Assembly (NCBI GenBank): GCA_004431415.1
Contig: QPMI01000039.1
Location: forward strand, 186,001 to 250,000
Origin: Cyanophora paradoxa CCMP329
Taxonomy: Eukaryota > Plantae > Glaucophyta
Direction: 5' to 3'
Length of the DNA: 64,000 nt
The notes below the pieces were generated by a model that saw only the letters and a program-made list of their open reading frames with translations, was not told the origin of the DNA and made no database searches. Made by a program: the position numbers and the translations under genes. Positions 1-12,114 of the stretch are shown piece after piece (position 1 is the stretch's first letter; every line of letters starts with the position of its first letter).

Positions 1-62
1 CCGCTCCGCCCCCGCCCCGCCCCGCCCCTCCGGCCCCGCCGCCGGGGCTGAGGGGGCGGCAG

Positions 63-445
63 GGGCTGGCGATCACGGAGGGCGCCGGGCCGGACGCCTT
101 CGTGCTCCACTACCCCGCCTCGGCCCTCCCCTCGACCCGCCCAGGCCCGCCCCGCCCCGCGCCCGCGCCCCGCGCCCGCGCTGGGCGGACGGGGGCGAGC
201 GGGGGCGCAGCGGTTCGCGGCGCTCTTCCGGCAGCGGGCGCGCTGGGCGCTGGCGGACCTGGAGCCCTACGTGAGGCGCGCGGGGCGGGGCGGGGCGGGG
301 CGCGGGGCCGGGGGCTGAGGGGGCGGGCAGGGGGCTGGTGCAGCCGGGGCAGACGCTGGAGCAGCTGCTGCTGAAGCACACGCGCGCGAGCCGCGACCTC
401 GCGCAGCGCGGCGCCCCCATCTACTACACCGCCCGCGACTACTAG
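63..445 (+). CDS. DCC1: Sister chromatid cohesion protein DCC1 (CTF18-RFC subunit), 3' exons only; gene begins upstream of the window
   Basis: Spliced exons read GLAITEG...LHYPASALPS / RFAALFRQRARWALADLEPYV / PGQTLEQLLLKHTRASRDLAQRGAPIYYTARDY*. This matches the DCC1 C-terminal pattern RF..LF..R..W...D+.PY+ ... LL.K..R ... Y..R. Stop TAG at 443-445. Confidence 0.8.
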
Positions 446-599
446 GCTAGCCGCCTTCCCTCGCCGGCGGCTTCTTGACGTAGCGCCTTCTATGCATGTG
501 GCCAGCTCGAGCTCCATGTGTCCCCTCTTTTCTAGTGCTGCTGAATGACTGGCGGCGCTACGCTTTAATTTGTTGACTCTTCTACGACATGTTCACATA

Positions 600-3553
600 T
601 TATTGTCTGAACGTGTTCCCCTGCACGATTGGGGTGCAGCCGTCGAGGACCATCACGCCGCCGCAGGGCGCGAAGGACGGCGCAGAGATGCGCTCGATCG
701 TGTTTCCTGTGAATGTCCCTTTGCCAGCCTTCCGCACAATTATCGCGCCCTGCTGGTCGTGGACCCTGTGCACGTGGAGGCGGGCTTCAGGGAGAAGCTC
801 GGGCAGTGCGAAGGAAGGTGTGAAGGGGAACTCGGAAGGGGGTGGGGGGGTGGGGGGGGGGGGGGGGGGGCGGGCGGGGGGCGGGGCAGGGGCAGGGACG
901 GGGGGGGGGGGGGGGGGGGGGGCTGCCGATGGGAGAGAGGGGGAGCTCGAGGGGAAAGAGGTGTAGAGGAGCTAGCGGTCGCACCTGTTGCCCTTGACTA
1001 CGGGGTCCCCATCATTTTGGACGTAGATGGCCGCGAGCGCGTTGCCGTAGACATCGTTGCCCTCGACTTTGCCCCGCCCGTTATCGAGCACGACGATGCC
1101 GGCCTGCTTGCCGTCGTGGACCTTGTTGCCCCGCACGACGGGGTCCGCGCCGGTCTGGATCTCGATGCCCGCCATCACGTTGCCGTAGACGTCGTTGCCC
1201 TCGACTATGCCCCGCCCGTTCTCCCACACGAAGATGCCGCCCTGCTTGCTGTCGTGGACCTTGTTGCCCCGCACGACGGGGTCCGCGCCTGTCGAGATCT
1301 GGATGCCCGCGAGCGCGTTGCCGTAGACGTCGTTGCCCTCGACCGTGCCCCGTCCGTTCTCGTACGCGAGTATGCCGCCCCGCTTGCCGTCGTGGACCTT
1401 GTTGCCCCGCACGACGGGGTCCGCGCCTGTCGAGATCTGGATGCCCGCCAGCGCGTTGCCGTAGACGTCGTTGCCCTCGACCGTGCCCCGCCCGTTTTCG
1501 GACACCGCGATGCCGCCCCGCTTGCCGTCGTGGACCTTGTTGCCCCGCACGACGGGGTCCGCGCCTGTCGAGATCTGGATGCCCGCCAGCGCGTTGCCGT
1601 AGACGTCGTTGCCCTCGACCGTGCCCCGCCCGTATTCGGACACCGCGATGCCGCCCCGCTTGCCGTCGTGGACCTTGTTGCCCTTCACGACGGAATCCGC
1701 GCCAGTCGCGATCAGGATGCCCACAAACGCATTGCCGTAGACGTCGTTACCCTCCGCGACGCCCTTCGCCGACGTGTAGAAGCAGATGCCCGCCCCGCCA
1801 CAGTCGTGCACCGCGTTCCCTGTGCAATTCAGAGTCAAGGGGGCGGGGGCGAGGGTGGGAAGACGAGGGCGAGGGTGGGAAGCCCACCTCGCAGCGTCGG
1901 GGCCGTCCCCTCGTCATGGACTATGATGCCGCTTATAATTAGGCCCGTGCTGGACACGTCGCAGGCCTCCACGACCGCCCGGCTCCCGCCCATGATCAAC
2001 ACTGCCGCTTTATTCGAAGATAGCGCCGTGTTGCGGATCGTGATGCCCTTGACGCTTGGCGCCGCGGGGCCCTTGCAGTGCAGCGTGGGGCCCTGGTTCC
2101 ACTCCAGGACGGCATCCGGCGGCCCGACGATGTGCACCTCCTTGTCCAGCACCAGCTGCTCCTTGTACCTGCGTGACGGATTAGGTGCAAGGATTTGAAT
2201 GAGCCACCCATGGCCGGTTAGTAGTCGGAGGCTCCGGAGGGGCGACGCACTGGCCGGGGGCGAGGCGGATGGTCTGCCCCGCGGCGGCCCGCGCAACGGC
2301 GGCCGCGATCTTCTCGCCCTCCCACACCTGAATCTCTCCGGCGCCGGAGGTCTGCACAGACCATGCTCAGCATGCAGCCACCTGAAATGCCGTGACGATT
2401 TCCACTCACCGCGGCCATGGGCGAAGGTGGTTGAACTATGGCGGCGCTGGGGCCTGGAGCGGGCGTTGTGGACTCCACAGAAACGCTTCCCGCGCTCCCC
2501 GGCGACGAGCTTGAGGAGCCCCGCTGCGGCAGACCACACCTCACCCGAGCTCGCTTGAATCTCCCCGGGAGGGGCCCCGGGAAAGAAGACGTGCTTGCCT
2601 GTGACTGACTTGCGGGCTTGCCGTTGCCGTTGTTCGTCGTCGATCGCCGGTCGCAGATGCTCCCGCCCGGCGGCCGTGGAGAAGGCTGCGCGACAGCGGC
2701 TGCAGGGGCGGCTTTCCACGCGCCCTCCCCTGCCTCCATCGCCTGCACTTCAGCCGCAGCGATCGCTGCCGTGTCTGCCGCCGGCATCGCTCTGCTGCTC
2801 GCTGCTTCCGCCACAGGCGCCGGGGGCGCGTCCTCCAGCCGTTCCTCCGCGCTCGCCGCGCTCTGCTTTGGCTGCGAGCTGTTGGCCGAAAGCACTGCCT
2901 GCGCCGCAGCCGCTGCGATGGCCGCCACCTCCGCCACCGACATCGCACCGGCTGCTCCCGCCGCTGGCGCCGCCGCCGCCGGCGGCGGCGCGCCGGCGCT
3001 CGCTGATCCCGCCGCAGGTGCATGTGCAGGCGCCAGCGCACTCGGCGCCGTCGCCTGCGAGTGCATGCGATGCAGGAAGGGGTGGTGCTCCGTCTCGGGC
3101 CAGTCGCCGCCTCTCCTCGCGATGTAGAAGAACCCGAGGCGGCTGGCCATGGCCGGCATGCGGGTGCCGTCGCCCAGCTTCTCGAAATCGAAGTACCGAA
3201 GATGCGGCTGCTGCCAGTAGAAGTAGAGGCTGAGCTCTGCTGCCGACAGACCCTCGATGCAGAGCTCACGCATCGCTGCCTGCAGCAGCGCCTGCTGCCA
3301 GCTCTCGGAAGGCGGCACCAGGATGCGCACGGGTCCTGCCGCGTCGTAAGCACTTTCCAACGATCAGACGGAGTGTGCTGGCACCTTTCAACCTCGTGAT
3401 CCCGGTCGGGGAGGGCCTGCAGTCGCCCAGCACTCGCACATCCACAGGGACCTCCGGCTGCGACGGCGCTTCCAGCGTGATCTCCTCGTCCGTGCCGGTG
3501 CTCTCAGCATCGGCTTCCGGTTGCTTGCGCTTGCGCGTGCTGCGGCTGGCCAT
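600..3553 (-). CDS. Right-handed parallel beta-helix (PbH1, FBXO11-like repeats) protein with an unrelated N-terminal region; multi-exon
   Basis: ATG 3553 ([14 protein letters not shown]-like). Beta-helix cap [37 protein letters not shown], then repeats of [35 protein letters not shown]. Last exon 600-766 ends [10 protein letters not shown] probable homopolymer frameshift lies near 2720. Confidence 0.8.
1000..1750 (-). repeat. Coding tandem repeat, 138-bp unit (46 aa, two beta-helix turns), ~5 copies
   Basis: gccgtcgtggaccttgttgccccgcacgacggggtccgcgcc recurs at 138-nt spacing. Confidence 0.9.
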
Positions 3554-3939
3554 GTCACAGTGTCGGAGCACCCGCCAATTCTTGCGTGGCAGTACCCCCC
3601 GTCAGCCAGTGCAGTGGCAGTGCTGGCAGTGCGGCCGGCCGCGGGCAGCGCCCCGTGCGCCGGCCGCGGGCCTCCATCGGAAATGTTCCAGCGCCGGCGC
3701 CCCGGGCCGACCGGCCAATGCCGGGACCCCGCGCCCATCTCGGGGCCGCCAATTGCAATTCGATTGCCGCGGCCGCGGCTTTCCGCCGAAGTTCGGAAAT
3801 TCACGAATGCGCCCAGTCCGCCGGGGCCCCCACGCCGCAAATCAAAGCCTAATTGAAGCTGCTAGCGATCCTTCACGATGTGCAGGTTGCCCCGACGCAC
3901 AGTGATGCGCAACACCAAGGGACAATGAAGGGTGACTGC

Positions 3940-6074
3940 TCAGAACTTGATCTGCGACGGCGCCGTTCGTGTGGGGTGAGCGTGGTCGAAGAGCCCTTTG
4001 AATTCCCCGAGCACCGCGCAATCGCTCGCACCTTCTTGTTTTTGCGCTCTTGCTTGTCCGAGAACCTGCGCCGCCCCGGGCCCGCGATCAGCCCGGCGGC
4101 GAATCGGCGACGGGGTTAGGGGCCCGGGGTACGGCCGCGGCGCACTTCTCCTCCAGCGTCTTCGCCTCCCGCAGGCACTCCGCGAGCTGCGGGGGGTACG
4201 GCCTCGGTTGAGAGGACCGGAGTAAGAAAACGAAGGGCCGGGGTACGGTACCTTGGCGAGGGCCTTCATGCGCTGCTCGGAGAAGGCCCGCTCGGCGTGG
4301 GCGTCCCGGTGCTTCTTCGCCCGCGCCACGGACGCCTCCAAGGAGGCCACCTGCGGGGGGTACGTCAATAAAGCGATGGGGGGAGGGAGGAAGCGGAGGA
4401 CGGGTACGGACCTTCTGCTTGATGGCCTCGGCTTGCTCGCGCGCCTGCGGTAGGGGTACGGCGTGAGGGGGTGAAGGTGAGCGGGGTACGGCGAGGGGGG
4501 CGGCAGGAAGGCGAGGGGGGTACACGCTCGCGAACCTTCAAGAGCTGCCCTCGGAACTCCTGCTGCGTCATTGTGGCGACCTGGGGGGGGGAAGGAGTGA
4601 GATCGGAGGGGGGGGGGTACGGTGCGCTTCGATCGCGGCCGCTCGCCTGCTCGGCGACGGGCGGGGGCCGCTTCTCCTCCTTCGCCGCCGCGCGGCCCAG
4701 GGACGCGTTCAGGAAATCGAATACCCCCCTCTTCCTGGCCTTGGCCTGCTCCCCCGTCGGGTCCTCCGCGTCCACGCCCCCTCCCTTCTTCGCCCGTTTT
4801 CGCCGCACAATGACGACCTGGGTGCAAGTAAGATAGGGGAGGGGTAAGCGCGTCCGCAAGGGGTACGCGCCTTCCTCTTCCCCTTCTCGAACGTCTCTTT
4901 CTCGACGAGGACTGCGCGAGCGGGGGGAGCGGCGTGGGGCCGGGCCGGGCCGGCGGCAGGGGTACGCGAAACGGAACCCCCGTACCCTCCCCGGCCCGCT
5001 CAGCCAGGTCCCCCGCGGCTGCCCCGGCCGTTCTCCTCCAGTTCCGCTCTCGGGACGCCTCCGTCGCCTCCGTCACGTTATCCAGCGACGTACCCTTGGG
5101 CAGCACCGCCTGCCGCGGGTTCGAATCCGGGCGGGGCGAGTAAAGAACGGGCCCGTACCCCGACGGGGATGGCCTGGGCGATGCCGTGCTTCTCCTTGCC
5201 CAGGCCCTTGCCCGGAACGAAGCCTACGCGGGCCGGGGATCAGGACGGACCCGAGGCAGGGGGTACAGAGATTGGCGGGCCGCACCCATCTTTGACATGA
5301 GCTTGGAGGCGACTCCCCGCCGGTCCCAGTCGAAGTGCGAGACCTCGACGCCTTCGCTGGCGTGAGCGGGCGGGCGCGGGGGGCGGGAAGGAAGGAAGGC
5401 GGGCCGCGGCAGAGAGAGGGAGCGCTTGCCTTCGCCCTCGCCGCCCCCCGCGTCGCCGGAGCCGGACGCCTCGCCTCCCCCGCCCCCGTCCTCCCCCTCC
5501 TCCTCCTCAAGGGCCCCCGCCACAGCCGACGCGGGGAGCTCCAGCAGCAGCCCCGTCCCGTCGAACGTGAGGCGGTACCGGACCTGAGGCGCGTGAGATT
5601 TAGAGCGGCGCGCGCGAGGGGGGGAGGCGGCTCGGGCCCGCGCACCACGTCCTCGTCCTCGTCGTACTCGTACGCCTCGACCGTCGCCGGCTGGTACGTG
5701 CCTGCGGGGCGGCGGCATGGGCCGAAAGCCGCGCGCTCCGCCGCGAGGCCGCGCTCCGCACCGTCTCGCCACCGCGCGCGCACTCGAGCGCCTACGTCGA
5801 ACACCTGGATCTCGATCTCCTCGGAGTCGTCCGCCGCGCACCCGCTCGAGCTCGGCTGAGGTTCAGGCTCGGGCGGTTCGGGCTCGGGGGGCTGGGGCAG
5901 CAGGTCACGCGTGATCGCTATCAGTTCGACAAGCTGCTCGCGCAGGGACTGCAGCGCCGCTCGGTCGGCCTCGTCGACGCCTTCCGCTGCAATCGCGGCT
6001 TCGACCTGCGCGAGCTGCTCCTCGAAGCCCGTCAGCCGCTCCATGATCGCCTCGGGCGTCTCCGGTGCCTCCAT
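3940..6074 (-). CDS. ZGPAT: ZGPAT-like protein (N-terminal coiled coil, Tudor-like domain, G-patch); no CCCH finger seen
   Basis: N-terminus LTGFEEQLAQVEAAI...LQSLREQLVELIAIT; Tudor-like FDVGARVRARWRDG/TYQPATV...YRLTFDG; G-patch WDRRGVASKLMSKMG/FVPGKGLGKEKHGI...VLPKGTSLD; ZGPAT-type VFDFLN motif; ends QIKF*. Confidence 0.75.
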
Positions 6075-6133
6075 CTAGCTGGGATTGCAACAAGCAAGCA
6101 GGCTCGCAGGGTACAGCAAGCCACGCCGCATAG
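6075..6133. promoter_or_regulatory. Putative ultra-compact bidirectional promoter/5' region
   Basis: Only 59 nt separate the divergent ATGs at 6074 (-) and 6134 (+). Confidence 0.45.
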
Positions 6134-8217
6134 ATGAGCTCGCCCAGCTCGCAGAAACCGCCGACGGGGCGCTCGCAGTCGCCTAGATCGACTCCAGGCA
6201 AGATTAAGAACCTCGGATCGCTGCCAGCGCCGCCACCGACGCCGGCCTCTGCGCGGCGCTCCGTCTTCAGCGAGGCGGAGACGCAAACAGACGCAGACAC
6301 GGATGCACAAGCGCTAGCTGAGAGCTTCACAGCGCTCGATAGAGCATACCACGCCCAGACCCAAGCGCTCGCTGCCTCGCAAGCGGAACTGGCGTCTGCG
6401 CGGGACGAGCTCTCCCGGGAGCGCACGGCGAGGGAGAAGCTGGAGAGAGCAAGCTGTGCGCTGCCTTGGCGCGCCGTATTCCGCGGCCAGGCCGTTCTGA
6501 CTGGCCAACGCAGATGAACTGGAAACACTAGGCGAGCCTCCTGGCGCGCAAATGAACCGGCCCTGCTGACTCGCCCGCGCAGTGGACGAATTAGAGGGCG
6601 AGCTGCGGCGGGAGCAGGAGCAGCGGGACGCAGACGGGGCGAGGCACAGGGAGCGGACGAACGCGGAGATCACGGCGCGGCTCGCCGCGGAGGCCGACCT
6701 CGCCGACGCGCGGCGCGAGGTGCGGGCCCCCGTTCAACGGTTTCCAAGCCGGCCGCGGCTCGCCCCGGCCGGCCCTCAGGCGCCGCCGCAGGCCGAGTAC
6801 GAGCGGGAGCAGTCGCGGAAGCTCCTCGAGGCGCAGCGGGCGAGGGAGGACTCCGTGGCGCGCATGCAGGCGGAGCACGGGGCGATGGAGCGCGAGGTCG
6901 AGGAGGCGCGCGGCGCGGTGCGTATCTACGCCGCGGCGCCCGCCTGCGCCCGCGCGTGCCGCTGAGGCGCCCGGCCGCAGCTACGGAACGCGGAGGCGGA
7001 GAAGCACCGGCTGGTCGACAAGATGCACGCCAGGGACCGAGAGGTTAATCCCTTTGGAATACTATTAATCCCTTGATTCTGATTCTGAGCGATCCCCGCA
7101 GATCTCGCGCTTGAAATCGGAGCTGCAGAAGGCCGCGGAGCGCGAGCGGGAGGTACGCTCGCCTCGACGGTAAGCCGCTCCGGGTTCGAAATTTGATCGC
7201 GCGGGGGCGCAGCTGAAGGCGAAGGGGAGCCAGGCGGTGCAGGACAGGGAGAAGGAGGTGGTCCGGCTTCGCGACGAGAAGGCCGGCCTTCAGAAGCGGA
7301 CGGAGGAGGGCCTGCGGGAGGCGGAGGCGGAGGTCGCGAGGCTCCGCGAGGACGGCGGGCGGCTGGAGGCGCTCGTCGGGGCGGCGCGGGACGAGATCCG
7401 CGAGCTCCACGACCGCCTGCGCCGCGCCCACGCCGTGCTTATTCTTCTTTCTCCCCTTCTAAGTCTTTGTTGAGGGCGGGGGTACAGGCGGTGGAGAAGG
7501 AGCGGAGGCGGCGCGGGGTGGCGGAGGCGGCGATCCGGTCCGAGCGCGAGCTCGCCCACAGGCGCGCCGCGCCCGTACCCCCCTTCCCCCCACCTCAGCT
7601 GAGCTCGAGGGGGGTACAGGGAGGTGGTGGACAAGGACGGGCAGCTCGCCCGCCAGCACGCTGAGCTGGAGGCCCGGTACCCCATCCCCCACGCCCCCTG
7701 TACCCCCTTTCCTCCGCCTTAGAAGAAGCGCCCGGCAGGGTGGCGTTCGAGCGGGAGGAGCGGCTGGCGGCGGAGGCGGCGCGGGGCAAGATGGAGAAGG
7801 CCCTCCGCCTCGAGAAGGTCCCCCGCCGCCCCGCCCCGCCCCGCTCGGCTTTTAGTCCTGCTAACTCCTCCTGCCGCCCCGCCCGGCTCCGCTCGGCTCG
7901 GCTTAGGCCCCGAGTCCTCCCAAGTCCTTGCCTCCGTCTAACGGGGCGGGGCGGGGCGGCAGATGGCGCGCTCGGCGCTGGAGCAGGAGGCCGCCAAGCT
8001 CCGCGCCCGCCTCGGCCTCGAGCGGGGCCCCGACTCCGAGCGGGGCCCCGCCGGTGGCGAGGCGGGGCCGCCCTCGCGCAGGCCGCCGCCGGCTGGGGTG
8101 GGGGCGGGGGCGGGGCGGCCGGCGGGGCCCCCGGGGTCGACGTCTTCGAGGGCCGCGGCGGCGCCCCAGGAGAGGCGGCCCGTCACCGCCTGGGGCTCCA
8201 ACGCCTCCGAGTCGTAG
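6134..8217 (+). CDS. Uncharacterised coiled-coil protein, multi-exon
   Basis: MSSPSSQKPP... followed by E/R/A-rich heptad exons separated by short GT/GC-AG introns; ends PVTAWGSNASES* at 8217. Confidence 0.7.
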
Positions 8218-8508
8218 GCTCGTAGCTAGCACCGGCCCTCGCTAGTTGCTACTAACTTGCTAGCTAGCGCCCAGTGGGTGGGTCTGCACTGCGACGGAAT
8301 ACTTTAATTTCATTTCATTTGATCTCTTTCAAAGTTTGCTGCTGTCTTTGAATTCCTAAACGATTCTATCACTAGGGCTACGAGCTACGCTACCCTACGC
8401 TGGCTTCTCTGTCTTCGTCCTGCGCTATAGCTAGGACCGAACTAACGATCAGCACTAACGATCGCCCTAGATCGCACAAAAGCCAAAGGCCGCGGAAAAG
8501 AAAGAAGG

Positions 8509-11500
8509 CTAGAGCATGTTGTCGTTGCTGGAGCCCTCGTGGAGGAGGGCCCCGTCGGCGGCGAGGCAGTCCCCGCCCTCGGCGCCCTCCATGAGCCCCT
8601 CCAGCGCCTCGCACGTCTCCGCGAGGGCGATCCCGCCCGCCGCCGCCACCTCCGCCTCCAGCCGCGCGATCTCCGCCTCGTCCTCCGCCGCCTTCGCTTG
8701 CCGGTACTCCTGCGGGGCGGGCGGGCGGCGAGTCAGCAGCAGCAGCGGCGGCGGAGGCCTGCTCGAGATCGAATTTGAATCAGATCCGGGGCACCGTGTA
8801 GTCCCGAAGGAACTTCTCCATGAACTTGTCGCTCAGCGTCTCCTTGAAGCGGCCGAAGGCGTTCTTGTGCTGCGACACGTGCCGCAGGTCCTCCCAGCTG
8901 TTCGCCAGGCGCATGTTCCCGGGGAGGATCGAGATGAACTCGGCCAGCGCGGGGTACGCCTCCTCATCCAGATCGCCGAACGTGTCGTCCACCAGCACCG
9001 AGAAGAGACCCTGGGGGAGGAGGGGGGTACACGCCGCCGTCAGAAAAGAGGGTGGGGGCAAGGCCACGTAAACCGCGTACCCGGTAGAAGTCCTCGCTGC
9101 TGAAGTCGACGTCGTCGGGGGAAACGGGCGCCTCGGAGGCGGGGCGGGCCTTGGAGGCCTTCGCGCCCCCGCGGCCGCTCGCGTCGAACTCGAACTCGGC
9201 GCCGGGGAGCACGCAGCTCGGCTGGCACCCGTCGCACCCGCTCTCGCCGGCCGCCGCCACCGTCGACTCGCGCTCGAGCGCCTCCTCGAGCTGCTCCAGG
9301 CGCCGCTCCAGCGCGGCGCGCTCCTCCTCCGCCCAGTCCGCCGCCCGCTTTGCCGCCGCGCGCTCCTTGACGAGCAGGCTGTGGTACTCCGAGGCCCGCT
9401 GCGAGGCCGCCGCGACCGCCGCCGAGTCCTCCTCGTCGTTGCGCGCGTCCACCTCCTAAAACCGGCCGCGTCAGCTCGGTCAGCGGGCGCCTGCTAAGAG
9501 GAAGGAGGGGGGGGCGCGCCTCCTTGAGCTGGGCGACTTCCCTGCGGAGCGACTGGACCTGGGTGCGCGCCTGCTTGGCGCCCTGCACGGCCCGGTCCCG
9601 CTCCGCGAACGCGTCCCGCAGGTCCGCGTCCGCGTCCTCCAGCCCTGCCCGACCCCGTCGACTCGGCCCCGACCCCGACCCCCAGCTAGACAGACGGCCT
9701 CGCACCGTTCTGGAGCTCGGTGTTCTCCTTGACGAGCTCGCGGACGCGCGCGCGGGCGCGGGCGAGCTCCTCCTCCGCCTCCAGCGCCCGCGCCTCCGCC
9801 TCCTCCGCCGCCGCCTCCGCCTCCTCCGCCGCCCTCTCCAGCCCCTCCAGCGACGCCTGCTCCCCGCGCGAGCGAGCGGGTCAGCCGGCGCCCTCTCCGG
9901 GGCGGGAGGGGAGGGGAGGGCCGCGCCTGGCACTTGAGGAGGGCCTTGGGGCCGTCGACCCCTTTGGCCGCCTCCGTCTCCAGCGCCGCCCGCTCCTTCT
10001 CCAGCGCCTACGCCGGATCAGTCGGTCGGAATTCCGGGAATCGGGGGTCGGGAGGGGCCGCGCCTCGTTCTCTGCGCGGAGCTGGGCGAGCTCGGCCTGC
10101 GCGCCTTCCGCCTCCGCCAGGCGCGCCTCCAGGGCCGCCTTCTCGGCCTCAAGCGCCGCCGCCCGCCCCTCCGCCTCCTCCGCGCCCTTCAGCCCGCCCT
10201 GCCGCGCGCGCCGCCCGGTCGGGATCCGCCCGCCCGGGAGGGCCGGGGCCGGAGAGGGGGGGAGGGAAGCACCTCGAGCGCGGCGAGCTTGGCCTGCAGC
10301 TCCGCCACGCGCGCCTCGAGTGCGTCGTTCTCCGCCGCCAGCGCCGCCGCGTCCTCGCCCGCCGCCGCCACCGGGTGCTCCGCCTCGTACCGCTGCGCCG
10401 AAAGCGAGGCGGTCGGTCGGTCGGCCGGCGCCGGCGCCGGCGCTGCCGTGCGGGCGGGCGGGCGGGCGGGCGGGCGGGCGGACCGAGAGCTCGCCGCCCA
10501 GTATCTGGGCGTCGATGGGGGCGAGGCGCTCGACGCCGCTCGCGACGCCCTCGAGGATGTCGGCGTCGCTGGCGCCGCTCGGCTGGTAGTCAAACAGACG
10601 GCTCGCGATGTAGAACACGTCCTGCTCGGCCCCGCACGCCCGCCCGTCAGACGAGACGCGCCGAGGCGGGGCGGGGCGCCGCGGGGGCGGGGGCGCGCGC
10701 GCCTGGAACTTCGGGTCGCCCATCAGCTTCTGAAGCGTCTGCAGCGTCGCGCGGTTCGCCGCGTCCATATCCTCGTACCCCTCCAGCACGCCCAGCCCCG
10801 CCTCGCCGCCCCCGTCCTCCCCTTCGCCGCCGCCGCCGCCGCCGCCCTCCGTCCCGCCCGCTTCTAGCTGCCCCTCTCCCGAGGGCTCGCCCTGCTGGGC
10901 CCCGTTTGCTGCTGCTGCGCCCTGTTCGGCGGCTGGCGCTGCGCCCAACTCTTGCTGTTGCGACCCGTCTGCTGCGGCGGCGCCCTGTTGTTGCTGCTGA
11001 GCCCGTTCTTGCTGCTGCGCCCCGCCTTCTGCGGCAGCGCCCTGTTCTTGCTGCTGCTTCTTGCCATGTTGCTGCTCCGCATCCTGCTCTTGTGCACTGC
11101 TGGGGTCACTGGCGTTCTGCGACCCTGAAGGCTCCTGCGATTCTCCGCTCGGTGCTGAGGAATCCACGAACAACTGCACGAATCCGTCAACTTTCAAAGG
11201 CCCGCAAGGCGGATCGGCGCGTGGCCCGGCGCGATGGGCAGCGGACCTTCAGCTCGGCGCTCACAGCGGCGTCCGTCTCAGCAATCGCCACGAGCTGCTG
11301 CAAATTGGCGTTGACCTGCAGATGCGAGAACATTCAAGGATCATGTCGAGGCCTCGCGGCACGGCGGTACGGGCTCGGCGCACCCAGTCGGTCGGCGAAG
11401 TGATGGATGGCCCATCGCCTGCAGGAAGGCTGGCGAAGGCGGAGGCTGTGGCCGGATACGATGCAGCGAAGTTGGAGTTCGAGTTGTACTGCGTGGCGAG

Positions 11501-11530
11501 CTGCGTGAAGAGCTCCACCAGCTGCTCCAT
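8509..11530 (-). CDS. Uncharacterised protein: Q/G/E-rich region, long coiled coil, C-terminal globular domain shared with the neighbouring gene
   Basis: ATG 11530 (MEQLVELFTQLATQY) with an in-frame stop just upstream. Exons VNANLQQLVAIAETD, QDVFYIASRLFDYQ, heptad exons, GLFSVLVDDTFGDLDEEAYPALAEFISILPGNMRLANSWEDL; ends SNDNML*. Confidence 0.65.
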
Positions 11531-12114
11531 CGCTGACTACCGCGGGGTTCGCCGGAACCCGCTGGGCCGCTCGGCCTGCAGTTGGACAGGCGCCGAGCGC
11601 CTCGTGCTTTGGGTTGTCCGCAAGATACCCGACGTCTGGGAGTACGGCTGCCCGCGCGGGAAAGTTCGACTCGTTGGAGCGCTGGACGCCAGACACCGAG
11701 GCACAGGTCGGCGCTCGATGCCCGGCTATCTCGCAGCCCGCAGACTCCGGATCCTTACGCTCCAACCGACTCGGCCGGGCGCACGCTTTGCTCGCTCGAG
11801 CTCCTGCGTGGAGTCGCGCTTCTGCGTGGTGGACCCTAGGAGCCTGTGCCAAGTCGTGTACCCCCTTCACGCCTAGGACTCTAGGCTAGGAGCCTCTTGT
11901 TGTAGTAGTTCGCTCCTCACAGTCGCCCTTCAAAGAGAGCACACTCGGCTGGGCGAAAGGAGAGGCACACTACGCTTGGCTGGTGCGTAAAGGAGCTCCT
12001 CGCGCACCTTGCCCATGTGCTCCGCGGCTGCCTCCCTGCGGCTGCCGCCCGGCCGCTTCCGCTGACCGGCTTTCGCCTTCGCAGATCATCAGAGAGGTTG
12101 CTGCGATCTCTGCG

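Noticed and set aside
570-2198. 542-aa + strand ORF and most other long R/P/G/A-rich ORFs in the track
   Set aside because: Antisense or off-frame shadows of GC-rich coding DNA. The opposite strand or frame carries the recognisable domains and splice signals.
600-3553. Calling the beta-helix gene FBXO11
   Set aside because: Only the repeats resemble it. No F-box or UBR-type zinc finger is seen.
5105-5140. ggttcgaatcc tRNA T-loop/B-box
   Set aside because: The flanks do not form a T-stem or cloverleaf, and it lies in an intron of the ZGPAT-like gene.
11403-11876. + strand ORF MDGPSPAG... as an overlapping gene or 5' extension of the repeat protein
   Set aside because: It overlaps the first exon of the minus-strand gene, shows no recognisable homology, and cannot be supported without transcripts.
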